Positions 26,604-39,399 of a DNA stretch of 64,000 bases are shown in pieces. The notes under the pieces were generated by a model. That model worked only from the letters and a program-made list of their open reading frames with translations, did not search any database and was not told the DNA's origin. The position numbers and the translations under genes are program-made. Origin of the DNA: Octopus sinensis (lineage: Eukaryota); the NCBI RefSeq assembly GCF_006345805.1, contig NC_043019.1, forward strand, positions 17,173,360-17,237,359, in the 5' to 3' direction. The first letter of the stretch is position 1. Each line of letters starts with the position of its first letter.

Positions 26604-26907
26604 AAAACAATTGCAGCATGGAAGGTGTTTATAATCCATTTAAAAACACACAAAAACCATTAGATTCACTTCAACATTTAAATTTTATTTGCCAAAATAT
26701 TTTCTTCGCTCTGAGACCGCGACCTGTTCACTGACAAAATTACGTGCTGAAAGTGGTAAAATTCCGTGCAGCATGGAATTTTGTCAACAGGTCATGGTCT
26801 CAAAGTGATGAAAATATTTTGGCAAATTAAATTTAAATGTTGAAGTGAATCTAATGGTTTTGTGTTTTTAAATGGCTTATAAACACCTTCCACACTGCAA
26901 TTGTTTT
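26604..26907. mobile_element. Foldback (palindromic) MITE
   Basis: AAAACAATTGCAG...ACCTGTT and AACAGGT...CTGCAATTGTTTT; arms over 120 bp. Confidence 0.88.
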
Positions 26908-27106
26908 CATTCTAGCACACGATCTCAGATAAGGTCACTTGCTATGCAAGTACATCTCCGTAATATATATATATATAAATGTTTTGTTAAGATATTAAGA
27001 TATATTTCTCAACATGAAACCAATGGTAGCCTTAATACATAAATAAAGAAATTTTATCCACTAATGCGATGTTGAGCACTCATTCTTGTTGTTTAACATT
27101 TACATA

Positions 27107-27141
<35 letters not shown>

Positions 27142-27266
27142 CTCTATATATATATAATATAAATATTTTTAAGTGAAAAAATTTACAGATTTTTTCTCAT
27201 ATGAGGTTTTTCACGCTAACTACTTGATAATTTCTTATGAAGATTTTATCCTATTTTTAAATTTTA

Positions 27267-27298
<32 letters not shown>

Positions 27299-27454
27299 AA
27301 GAGAGAAAGAGAGTAAGAGAGAAGAGAGAGAGTAAGAGAGAAGAGGGAAAGAGAGGAGAGCATGGTGGGAGGAAGTAGGAGGGAGGGGGAGAGAGGCAAG
27401 GGGAGGAGGTTAGATGAAGAGGGGAGGAGAGTTGAGCCCAAATGGCGTAAAGGA

Positions 27455-28230
27455 GTGAAGAGAGAAGATTAATCCCTGTTCATGGCGCAAACGGGAGTCA
27501 GGATGGCCTCTGTGCAAGGACAATCCGAACATGGACAGGTGTTACAAAGAGTAACAGGGAGAGCGGAAATGGTGTGAGACCAGAGTGTCATTGCTGAGGC
27601 GGATGTCTCGGAGGTGTTCCGCACAACGGTCAGCCAAGCGGCATCCCGTTTGTCCGATGAACAGAGAATGGCAGAGAGAGCAGGAGATGCAATAGATGAT
27701 ATTGGTGGAGGTGCAAGTGAAGGAGTCGGTGATGCGATAGGGTCGATGATGGGTGCCTGTGAGGAGGGTGGTGTTGGAGAGGTAAGGGTAAGTGTGGCAG
27801 CGTGGGCAGGAGCAGAGGAACGAGCCAGGTTGGGAGGTAGGTTGGGGAAGAAGCTGTGGACCAAGAGGTCTCGTAGGTTGTGGGCTCGTTTGAAGGAGGG
27901 GAGAGGTCAGTTAGGGAAGATGTGTGAAGTGGACAGGTTGGACTGGAGATGCCGGAAAGCTCGGAGAATAATGCATTGGAGAGGCAGGGTGGTAAGTGAG
28001 AGGAAAAGAGGCGCGGGAGACTGCAGGGCGAGTTCAGGGGAGAGAGCAGATGCACAGTCCATGGAACGTGCTCTGGCAAGGGCGGTGTGGATAGTGGTGA
28101 GGGGATATCCACGTAGGATGAAGTGGTGAGCCATGAGTTGAGACTGAGTCTCAAAGTCATGGTCGTAACTACAGAGCCTGCGTAGACGGAGGAATTGGGA
28201 ACAGGGGATGGAAAGCTTGGTGTGTTTGGG
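27455..28230 (-). mobile_element. Penelope-like element, well-preserved 3' half (linker plus GIY-YIG endonuclease)
   Basis: SQFLRLRRLCS..DF....LMAHHFILRGYP; IILRAFRHLQSNLSTSHIFP; NIIYCISCSLCHSLFIGQTGCRLADRCAEHLRDI. Confidence 0.9.
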
Positions 28231-28959
28231 GTGAGAGTAGAAGTTGAGGTATGAGTGTGAGTCTGTGTGTGTGTAGTGGATGGAGGTGGTGAGAGTGGAG
28301 TGATGAATGCTGACCGAAATGTCAAGAAAGGAGACAGAGGTGTCAGAGATAGTGCAGAAGTGGAGACACACACACGAGTATGTGGCTTTACATATATGTA
28401 CCTTGCATGAATACTTATGTGTATGTTTGAATAACTGTGATTGTATAATTGCTTGTAAATAGATACAACACACATGTATGTGTTGCATATATTTGTATAT
28501 ATATATATGTATGCGCAGCTGTATATTTCTGTGTGGTGAGTGTGTTTGTATGCCTTTATAATGTTTCTCCACCAATATTTTTCAAATCTGCTGCAGCTCC
28601 ATCTGCTTTCTCTCCCGACTACTGCTAGACTCATTTCCAACCAAATTTCTAACCTCACTCTCCTCTAACCTTACCCCAACTACATACACACACACACACA
28701 CACACACCCTGGTCTTACAGTCATTCTTATAATAATGTTTCCTTAGTCTCTAACTGCTAATTCATTTTTTCTGCAACCCCAATAAACATCTCATCTCTCT
28801 CATAGCTTTTCAACTTTTTGGATAAGAGCAAACTGCAGCATTTCTGTGATGAATTGCCCACCCGCCCACCTGCTAATAAAGATAGTCTTCTGTCCCACAT
28901 GACAACACAACACCCATTTCACTGTTTGAACTCTGTACAGCATAAAGTTTGTTTGGATG

Positions 28960-29480
28960 GAGCACAGGACCTGTACCAAGGTGTAGAATCATAAATGCAA
29001 TTTCTTTAGTGAAATGCAAAACAAGTTCTTTGGTTACTTAGCACTTCTCAGTTTGGAGAAAGTCTTTGATAAGGTCCCATGTTAGTGAGTGCTATGAAAA
29101 TTAAGGCATAGCAAATGATAGGGTAAAAACAGCTTTTGAAACTGAGTACATATGTGCAGTAAACAATGTTAGGGTCAACAGCAATGCTTACCAGGGCATT
29201 ACACTCAGCACACTTCTATTTAAGGAAGAGTCAATGTTCCTGGGAACTATTAAATGCCGATGATCTAGTTACTATGCAGAACTTGTGAAAGAGTAGCAAA
29301 GTGCTAAACCTGGGAAAACAATCTTCAGATCAGAGAAGCCAACAGGACAAAAAGTTAAACACAGAATTTCCAAACCATCTGGGAAGAGAATAAGCTTGGT
29401 ATGTAGACAACTGATACACATTGAGACTGAACCAAGACTTTCAATGCACAAACTAGTTGGAAAGTTTAGGGGTAGGAGCA
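28960..29480 (+). mobile_element. Degenerate RTE LINE RT fragment
   Basis: Decayed AFDKVP and CSWELL-ADDLV motifs. Confidence 0.65.
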
Positions 29481-30329
29481 GACAATGGTCAATACAGGCA
29501 GATCACTAGTTGTAGATTAACTTAGATAATAACCTAATTTATGGAAGATCTGTGGGGACGGGAAAGAAATGGGCCAAGTGTGATCTATTAGAAGTGTAAT
29601 ATCCTCCTGTGTGCAAAGCAAAGAATAAAGGACTACAAATTGATGTGTTTAGATGGGGGGGGGGGTCACTGAACAGGTACAGATTTGATACGAACATTGG
29701 GTGAAAGTGTCTTGGTTTAACAAAGGAAGATACCCAGACAGAGAAGTACATGGAAAATAGAGACCAGATCTCAGAATTTGGAGTCTCCCAGTGGAAATGA
29801 CAAAATGAATGGCAATATGCTCAAGGCTCATCCAATCAGATAAACAAACAGAGATTAAAAGTATGGGATGATGAGAACTCCACAGCTGATCAAATACATT
29901 CAGATTAAATGAATTACCTTAACAGTCCTCATTATCTCTCTTCTGCACCACTACCCGTGCACTACCTCATAAGCTTTTGCAGCAAGTGTAAATATATGAT
30001 GTTTGAGATCTTCTGCTAATGTCTCTATTATGATCACTGACTATACTCACTACGGCTTGCACATATATATATATATATTTACCTCTACCTTTAAGATTGT
30101 TCAACTTCTTTCCAAGCAATGTTCTGCTTGGAAAGGATTAAGAAAACATTCTTTCACAACTTTGCCTCCAACAATGTCAAGGAAATGTCAATGCATCCAG
30201 ATCCTACCTGCATCTAAAATAAGTACCAACAACATACTAGGGTTGAAAAAAACTAGCATTACAGAGTCATGATGGTATTGTTGAAAGAAAAGCAGAGAAG
30301 ATATTTATTATGGTTGGGTTTCAACCCAG

Positions 30330-30720
30330 GCCGCAGCAACAAAGTCCACTCAAAACACACATCTCAGTCCATCATCACTGCCTCAAGGTCCTCGATGCAT
30401 TCTAGGTCAGTGCCTGCAATCAATTGCCTCTTCTTGCATCACCATGAAGTGGGTTCCACAAGACTTAATTTGGATGCTTGGCACATGCAATGACCCGACA
30501 GTCGCACCCATCTTTGCCTGATCTTCTCACTTACTTTCAGCAGGTCTCCATAAAGACATTCATTTGTCATATGTTGCTGCCATTTTACATTAAGGGCCGT
30601 TTGTAACATCCTTGTGTGGCAGCCATTTAACCTGTTTGATATAGCAAATTAGTTGTTGACTAATTCTTCTAGGATCAATCAAGAACTGGAATTGATTCAA
30701 AGCACTATGCTCTCTCTCCA
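30330..30720 (-). mobile_element. RTE-like LINE 3' fragment
   Basis: KIRQRWVRLSGHCM...LWNPLHG; related to the copy at 45961. Confidence 0.6.
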
Positions 30721-30999
30721 AAAGGTTGCCTTATACTAATGAGATATTAATTAAAGCAGTAGTGTAGGACAGTAAAAATCATTAGACTAACTCTTTCACT
30801 GCAAATTTAGGACAGTCTAAGAAATCCTTATTAAAACAATATTTCCTAACACTACCTTTGCTTCTAATCTTGCTAAGGTGAGCTTTGTTGTCATTTCTCT
30901 ATGGTAAATAAGAATCAGTAATATACTAGGCATATTTCAGTCAGCAGTGTGTCCCCCGTTCCCACTTAAATTGGATTTGTGTCGATATTTAGTGAAAAT

Positions 31000-32397
31000 A
31001 GAATATTATATGTAAACGGTAGAGAAGATCCATCAAATGTGCCAACTTGCATGAAATACAGATACTAACGGGCTGCACAAATAATTGAAGGTATTAGCCA
31101 ACAGGTATAGAAGAAGAGTTTATTACTGGATGATGGATGAAAATACCCTCATGCGCTGAGAGTGGCGAGTACTAGGAGCCGAGGAAAGACAAAACGATGT
31201 TGTTTAGCCCAAGATCAATCAGATCGAACATAGCTAATTTCAAGATATTCCCGCCATGACCGTCCCATCTTTTGCATATCAGGAACTACATTGTCCAATG
31301 TGTCGTTCCAGGATATGTGATTTTATGGAAATTAAGTTGTTATTTCTAGCAGGTCGAACAACGACGTAGAGGCTCCCTAGTTTCATCGTAAAAAGGGGTG
31401 GATGATGCCAGACTTAAGTAACGAAGCCTCACAGAATGGATGGTACAGGATCCAGACGAGGCAAGATTCGCAGACCCGGCTAACTCATACCAACGTGGGG
31501 AATAATTTTTAATGCGATGCTAATATAAGGATTGATTTTACACCTTCATTTTCCAAGATAATAAACCTTAATAAGATAATCAAATCAACTATAAGCTTCT
31601 TTTTTTTCTCTCATAAAAAGATTTTGTGTTTACGTAAGACATTATTTCACTTTAATTTCTGTAAATTTTAAAAGCCTTATAAAAATAACATGAATCACTT
31701 TAACAGAAGGAAAGCTATTTTTCACTTTTATTGCAAAATTATATTTCACACACAACTTCCTGTCATTACTCCTGCCGTAAAATTTCGTTTCGTACCAGCA
31801 AAAATTATGATTGCTCTCAGTTCAAGTTCAAATCCCGACAGATTCCGATAAAATAAATGCCATTATTACACAAAAGCGAATTCAATTAATAACACCATTG
31901 CTAAACAAAAACCTTCTCTATAATTAAAAATCATTAAATACATTAATTCAGAGACCATTTATTAAGAAATACATCCGAACAGTTGTTGATACCTTTAAGG
32001 TAGTAACAACGGTGCTTCAGTTCTTGGCGAAACTAGTTATGGTGCCACGAACTGTCCATTTCTCGTTGGACCTGTTTTATTTACGTGTCTCTAATGATGT
32101 TTTGGAAAAACCTAAGCACTTTATAACTTCACACTGCATCTATCTTATAATTCCGAGTTTACATGCCTCACAAGTAGTCTCTATAAATCCTAGCTCCTGG
32201 GTTTCTCCAACTAAATAAACTCCAATGACAAAACGGAATGTGTATTTTGAAAAGAAGTAACTTTTATTTATTAAAGTAAGCTATTTTAGTATTGGAGTAG
32301 GAGGCTAAACCACCTGAAAGGTAAAAATAGGAGATGAAAGAAACAAAATTTAAATACAACTGAAAATCGAGTGAAATACCCGTAGACACCAATATAT

Positions 32398-32440
<43 letters not shown>

Positions 32441-35200
32441 TATATACATAACACCTGTACTTTGTGTGAGAAGTCACCAGCCAATTCTATGAGAATTCGC
32501 TTCCTGAAGAGGAAAATAACTGCTAAACTTCCAATTTCGTTCATGGAACTATATACAATCGATTCCTAAAATCTTAATTCCTATAAATGAGATATTCTTA
32601 GCAGGAAAACATGTCAAGTGCTCTCAATGAGGTCTTCAATTATTTCACAAAATATTCTTTTTTTTTTTTTCTAAGTTTTCAAGGATGCGATCTGGTCAGG
32701 AATGCCTTGGCTTATTTGATATTTTTTAAATAATTAGGGGTTAATAAACCTCGGTGAGAATCTAATCATTTATTTGTTCCTTGTTTTTAAAAAATAAACA
32801 AACTGAAAAAAGAATCTAAGTTGCGTGGATAATGAAAGAGAGAAAATACACGGCAAATGGTAATAAGGAATAATAAACACTTCCCAGGAGATTGTAAATA
32901 ATAATAATAATGAAAACAAAATAGAAAATATTGTTGAAAAAGCAGAAAAGGCAAAAACCCGATGGAATCAATAGAAACGATCAAATGTAATTATTTTGAT
33001 ACAACATAAATAAATATTCTGTTGAAGAAGTTCAAAATATTTCAGAGATCGAAAGAAGTAAAACTAAAGAAGCAAAGAATAATTATGAATTTTATTAAAA
33101 GTGGATTAGGAACTGATTGCTTAAAACTTAAGAATTGATTGCTTTAATTGCGGTTAATTGAATTAATTGGCGAGAAAAGAGGTGTTTTGTGAAGGATCCT
33201 GTGATGTGATGCTCGTCCACATCGTCTCATCAAAGTTATCAATGCTTTCCTAATGAAGCAAATAGTAGCACTCAGGTGCCAATAACTGACTAATGAGGAG
33301 CGATACGAGCAGAGGAAAATATCTGGAATTTTACATTCGACAAACAGTGAAACGTCTCCCTTAAAATGGTGAATGTTGCACGGAAAAGGGAGGGGATTTG
33401 CCATTTACAAAGTGAAGAAGAAGAACAATAAACAGGGTCTGGCTGGATATTGTAAAAGGAAGAGTTGAAGGGGGGAAAAAAAGTGGAATGATGTTACAAG
33501 AATATGATTTACATCGACTGTAGGAGATAAATGAAATGGTAAAAAGAAAATAATGCTGTGGCGAGGAGGAAGAAAGTTTAGAAAGAAATGCCGAGCGAGA
33601 GGGAAGGAAGGAAAGTCCATACTGGTGTAATGGAGCAACATCCATCCCGACTGGAACGTAACAAATTGGACGAGAATTAAACGTTCAAAGAGAGATACAA
33701 TAAATGAAGAATAGGCATCGCAAAAATTTAGTCATAAATAATTAATTTTAATTACGATGTGTTTTATTTTTTAAACTAAAACCGAAACCGGTGACCAAGG
33801 AGCTTCCATGATAAGGGCTGACAGTTCGAATCCTAGCTCGGCCAACGTAAACCCTCACAGGCTGTAATATAGATTAACACGTGCCTTTTAATTCGTTTAT
33901 GGCTAAAGTTGAGAAATAAATACCATTGAAAAATAAACACAAGCAAATGGTGGTGTGAAGATTATTATATTGTACGTACATGATTACTGGGCGATGATTC
34001 GAAAGTGGTCAGTTCAACATGGTCGACATGTTTATTTGAGTCACGTGGTACATGTGCATAATAAATGGCGCGGCTGCTGAGCTGTCGTCTTTCACTGTCG
34101 GATGCCGTCGTTTCCGTTACACACTCTACAGTAATAATAATATCTCGATGCTTAAAAGCTAGTCTACATAATTGAAAGTAGCGATTAATTATTCGACTTG
34201 TTTCGTTTTATTTTTTTTCTTTCACCTATTTATCTTCTCAGACAAATACTTTTTGTTTAGGAAGATAAAAAAAAAATGCTACTTTCATATCGCGAACCTA
34301 TAATTGTAAATTTCAGGTAAAATAACTGAGAAAATTAGAAAATTTTCAATGAAATATGTTCTTTTTAGTATTACTGTTTTACAAAGAAATAAACTTGAAA
34401 CAAAGTAATTTTCGGCAATAATTTTTAGTTTGTTTGGCGGCCGGCGGAAGAATTTCTATTTTGCGGCTGTGCTGCGGCCAGCTTAGTTTTGAGTTGAGTG
34501 GGATTTTTTTTTAGTTAAAAATACGAGATTTTGTTTTTATGCCGAGGTATATCGTTCAGTGTTTCATCGACCAGCGTTAAGTAACAGAAAATTACTTAAA
34601 AGAGGAGAAATTGAATAATTTCTCATATTAAATAATAGAAACGGGGTCACTCACACTTAAAACTCTCACTAAGTGACTGGGCAAATTTCAGTAGCGACTT
34701 CACAGAGAGGCTCGGACCTTTTCTCTCAGTCTATCATTATGAGTGTTTTATGAGGTGGCCCTTAAAAAATACTTCCTTGTTTTGAGTCAACCTTGTCCTC
34801 ATTCTTTTCCCTCTCTCGCTCCACGTTTGGAAAGTGAGATCCAGTTACATATTTAACAAAATACTGACAGTACGAAGTCGAAGCCCATTACCGCTAACTC
34901 GGCCGTCTGCAGCCAATGATCTAACAAAACCAAATTATTAGATGCGTTATAGAGTCAAATTATCAGCATCCTGCTGACGAACCCACTTATAATGAGTTCT
35001 AGCATTCATTGCCACCTTTTGAAGTACACGTTCCCTACCCATGGTCCAAAAGAACTCACAGTCCAATTTTACTCCATTCTGCTGCTAAGCTGGCGATTTT
35101 CAGTGGATCATTGATCTCTGAGAAGCATCCTTCTTCGATTGTATTTCCTCTTTCCATTCACAAACCTGAACAATCTAAAATAAAATAAAACAAGATGTTT
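31000..35200. promoter_or_regulatory. CpG-retaining zone, probable promoter region of the ZNF512-like gene
   Basis: CpG visibly more frequent than in the flanking gene bodies. TCACGTG E-box at about 34041, YY1-like AAATGGCG at about 34063, GGCGGCCGGCGGAAG at about 34436. Confidence 0.55.
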
Positions 35201-35854
35201 TTAGGCTGCTGCAACCCGAATTTATAAGTCAAAGAAATCAAACTTTTTCATACAGAATTTCTTTATGGTTGAACTGATCTATCATACACTTGTTGAAAAT
35301 GTCGATGTTTACCACACTCTTCTTATATGAGTGCTTGGTGATTGACACATGAAATACTGTACCTACCAAGGAGAGAGAGGGCTTTGATATGTTGGTATCG
35401 TCATAAAACAACAAAAGCTTTTGTCATTTTCAAGTCAAGAAGAGACTCTTGTCTATCAACTTATCAAATGTTTGGTTTTGAATCCAGGTACAAGCAGAGT
35501 TTCAGGGCAAAGACAATACAGATATTAGCATTGGAAATCCATAATGTTAATCAGGTTGGAAAATATTGTAAGACCAGTTCCTCCAGCCATTGAAAACAAT
35601 TCAATTATTCTTTATTTTTTATGTTCAAAATTGTTATTTAGCTTTATCAGAACAGGAAAAACTATGAGGCCAGTTCTGATATGATCAATTTAGGACACAA
35701 ACTAAAAATAATTGCTGAAAATTACTTTGTTTTAAGTTTATTTTCTTGTAAAACAGCACTACCAAAAATAACATGCTTTGAGGAAAATTTTCTAATTTTT
35801 TCAGTTATTTTACCTGAAATTTACCATTATAGGTTTGTGATATGAAAGTAGCAT
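34276..35854. mobile_element. Putative DNA element bounded by ~157-bp imperfect inverted repeats
   Basis: 34276-34432 (ATGCTACTTTCATATC...) is the reverse complement of 35698-35854 (...GATATGAAAGTAGCAT). Superfamily not recognised. Confidence 0.7.
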
Positions 35855-35856
35855 AT

Positions 35857-36192
35857 GAAGGCACATGACTCAGTGGTTACAGTATCAGGCTCATAATCAT
35901 AAGGTAGTGAGTTCGATTCTCAGACTGGGCTGTGAGTTGAGTTCTTGAGCAAGACACTTTATTTCACATTGCTCCAGGTCACTCAGCTGTAGAAATGAGT
36001 TGCAATGTCACTGGTGCCGAGCTGTATCAGCCTTTGCCTTTCTTTTGGATAACATCAATAGATTGGAGAGGGAGAGGCTAGTATGCATGGGTGACTGCTG
36101 GTCTTCCATAAATAACCTTGCCTGGACTTGTGCCTTAGAGAACTTTCTTGGTGCAATCCCATGACAGAAGGAGTGGGGTCTTTATCCTTTAC
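35857..36192 (+). mobile_element. SINE family B
   Basis: Homologous to 25774-26103; begins 2 nt after the right inverted repeat. Confidence 0.9.
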
Positions 36193-37761
36193 CCTTTTTA
36201 ATGAAAGTAACATTTAAAAAGAATTTTCCCAAGTTTATTGGTGATTAAAAGATAAATATTTTTCATCTTTTTACAATCAACATTTCCAACAGTTCTCCTG
36301 CCAATGTCAAACAAGAAATTCTCTGCTAAGATTTGCCAATATACAGTTTTTCTGTGATTGTTAAAAAATATTAAATATTCTTATTTTACCTCTGTTTCTA
36401 TTATCAAATCTCCAGTATCCAAAGATATGGAGTCATTTCTCTTATTTTACATCTTTTCAGTTAAGTTGGTGCTGTTTAAAAAGTAAGAATTTTTAATCCC
36501 ACTCCCCTGCCAACATCCATATCAGATTATATGGACAAATACTGAGCGGGTGTGCTGTGGGTAACAAATGAAGTGAATTGTGAACAAATGATTTTAGCAT
36601 TAGAAAACAATGTGTTTGTGATTTTTCTCATTTACTTAAAGCATCATTCTCATCGTTGTTGCTTTTTTTTCATGATTGGTCTAATGAAAATTTTTGAAAC
36701 CCTCGTCTTTCAAAAAAGATCAAATTTTGAAATAAAATTTGTCTTTAAAATTAGTTCAGTCACTCAAAGCAAATAATGTTACAAAAATAAACAATCGACA
36801 TGCCTGAAGTATTAAAACTAAAATTATTCAGTGGTGCAATAGTTGTATGTCTGACGCCAGGTCAGAAGGCTATGGGTTTGAATTAGATTGGGGCCAAATT
36901 ATTATAGGCACAGGCATGGCTGTGTGGTATGGAGTTTGCTTCATAACCACCGGGTTTTGGGTTCAGTCCTACTGTGGGACACCTTGCGCAAGTGTCTTCT
37001 ATTATATCCCCAGATCAACCAATGCCTTATGAGTGGTTCTGGCAGACGGAAACTGAAAAAAACCCATCATATATATATATATGTGTGTATCTTTGTGTCT
37101 GCCCCACCCCCTGCTTGACATTTCTGATAGGATCTCTACATGTGCATATATGTATGTGTGGATGTGCATATATATCCGAGGTAGTCATGTACCTTCTCCA
37201 CTGCATGACACCTCTTTCTGTCCCTTTATTCATACACTAACCTCTCACCAACTAGCACAAAGCCCCCTCCCTCAATACCACTCCCCAGCCTCAGTTGAGG
37301 GGTCCTGTCTTGCAAGTTACTTGGTGACTTCACCGCTGAGGGCATCAAGTGCTCTGTACACAGTGTAAAGTATTTGGGATTAGGAAGGGCATCCAGCCAT
37401 AGAAACCATGCCAAGGTAGAGGTTGGTGCAGTCTTCTGACTTAGCTCTTCTCATCAAACTGTCCAACCCATGACAGCGTGGAAGGCGGCTGTTAAATGAT
37501 GATGATGATGACATACAAGTGTATCTCTGTTAGCCTGCTTGAGATTTCACCTCTGGTTACATGCAAATTTCCTACCTATTCTTCTTCTGCAGATCAAGTA
37601 AAGCCATTTCCTTGATGACACTAAGATCCTGTCGTCTTTCCTACGTTTTACTTTGAGGACAGTGAATTCTATGTTTTGCTTCCATGCCAGGAATTTTGTC
37701 CTTAATTCCACTATAGATCCAACCGTAAGAACTAAACCATGAACATGTAGTTGCTTGTAGG

Positions 37762-37823
37762 TCAATGATGAATTGGAGAGAGCTGAAGACTCAATGATGA
37801 ATTGGAGAGAGCTGAAGACTCAA
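37762..37823. repeat. 29-bp perfect tandem duplication
   Basis: TCAATGATGAATTGGAGAGAGCTGAAGAC twice, plus TCAA. Confidence 0.9.
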
Positions 37824-38199
37824 CCATGATGGACCCTATCATCACCTCTTAATGTCTGCTTTCCATGCTGGCATGGGTTGGACTAGGCTCCAATCTGATC
37901 TGGCAAGGTTTCTACAGCTTGATGCCCTTCCTAATGCCGACCACTCTGAGAGTGTAGTGGGTGCTTTTTATGTGCCACTGGTATGGGGGCCAGACAGGTG
38001 GGACTGGCATCGACCACACTTGAATGGTGCTTTTTATGTGCCACCAGCATCGACCATGCTGAAATGGTGCTTTTTACAGGCATTGGCCATGACAATGATT
38101 TCACTTGACTCAACAAGTCTTCTCAGCACAGTATATTGTCCAATGATTGACGGGGACTCTTAAATGGGCTGGTTATGCAACTCAAACTCATTATTTACT

Positions 38200-38610
38200 T
38201 TCACTTTACTTACAACACTTTTGTACATGGCTTGTACGGCCCTCACAAGCCGTTCACCTACACTTAGTTTCCTTAGAAACAACTAAATTATAAAGCATTC
38301 CCCAACCAAACAAATACGAGACAGAGTGGCTCACTCTTAGCTGAGTATTGCCTCATTAGGAAAATTGCATCTGTGAAACCATTTTGGGGTACAAAGTCAA
38401 ACAGCATTTCATCTAGACTAACTCTGTTCCTGATCAATTGGGTTATGACTCCTTCCTTGGCCTTCATTACCTGATCCAATAATTTCCTCTTACTAAAACA
38501 TTTCCTTTGCTCTTCTATCAGTTTGCAATGACACTGCTATGCCACTCTTTGGGCGTGTCACCTTTCTGTATAACACAATTAACTATTTGGCTGGCTATCA
38601 TGTCCCCTAC
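38200..38610 (-). mobile_element. RTE LINE RT fragment
   Basis: LDEMLFDFVPQNGFTDAIFLMRQ resembles LDEMQFGFVPGRGTTDAIFxVRQ. Confidence 0.8.
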
Positions 38611-38639
38611 TTCACAATACATACGCACACACATATATT

Positions 38640-39017
38640 ATAGATACCCTGTGCTTGAGGAGACCTATTGAGTCTAGTACATCAAAAATCAATGGAAATT
38701 GTAGTTGTGATCCCTGTGCTGGTGGCACTTGAAAAGCACCATCCGAACGTGGCCAGTGCCAGTGCCGCCTTGACTGGCTTCTGTGCCAGTGGCACGTAAA
38801 AAGCACCAACCAATCGTGGCTGTTGCCAGCCTCGCCTGGCACCTGTGCCGGTGGCACGCAAAAAGCACCCACTACACTCACAGAGTGGTTGGCATGAGGA
38901 AGGGCATCCAGCTGTAGAAACACTGCCAGATCAGACTGGAGCCTGGTGCAGCCTTCTGGCTTCCCAGTCAAACCGTCCAACCCATGCTAGCATGGAAAAC
39001 AGACGTTAAACGATGAT
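38640..39017 (+). mobile_element. Family C non-autonomous retroposon (internal GGCACGTAAAAAGCACC units, (GAT)n tail)
   Basis: Shared core CACCCACTACACTC..GAGTGGTTGGCGTTAGGAAGGGCATCCAG and tail AAACGATGAT. Other copies at about 4565, 37835 (-), 39945, 44436, 44740, 53525, 57690, 58950 (-), 60315 and 63870. Confidence 0.85.
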
Positions 39018-39018
39018 T

Positions 39019-39367
39019 GAAGGCACATGGCTCAGAGGTTATTACAGCATTAGGCTCATAATCATGAAGTAGTGAGCTCAATCCCTGGACCGGGCTATGT
39101 GTTGTGCTCTTGAGCAAGACACTTTATTTCATATTGCTCCAGTTCACTCAGCTGTAGAAATGAGTAGCGATGTCACTTGTGCCAAGCTGTATCGGCCCCT
39201 TTGCCATTCCCTTGGATAACATCGATGGCTTGGAGAGGGGGAGGCTGGTATGCATGGGCAATTGCTGGTCTTCCATAAACAACCTTGCCCAGACTTGTGC
39301 CTGAGAGGGTAACTTTCTTGGTGCAATCCTGTGGTCATTCATGACCAAAGTGGGTCTTTACCCTTTA
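39019..39367 (+). mobile_element. SINE family B
   Basis: Homologous to 25774-26103. Confidence 0.9.
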
Positions 39368-39399
39368 CACAAACACACACATTATCATTATTAGTCTAA

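Noticed and set aside
27469-28658. Long ORFs of 342, 222, 171 and 131 aa as host genes
   Set aside because: They are alternative or antisense frames of a Penelope-like element extended through (CA/TA)n microsatellite.
33770-33850. tRNA gene (GTTCGAATCC B-box)
   Set aside because: No cloverleaf can be formed; it resembles the SINE heads seen elsewhere in the window.
34064-34175. Plus-strand ORF starting ATGGCGCGG as a divergent gene
   Set aside because: It is short, stops without a convincing donor, and the ATGGCG is adequately explained as a YY1-like promoter motif.
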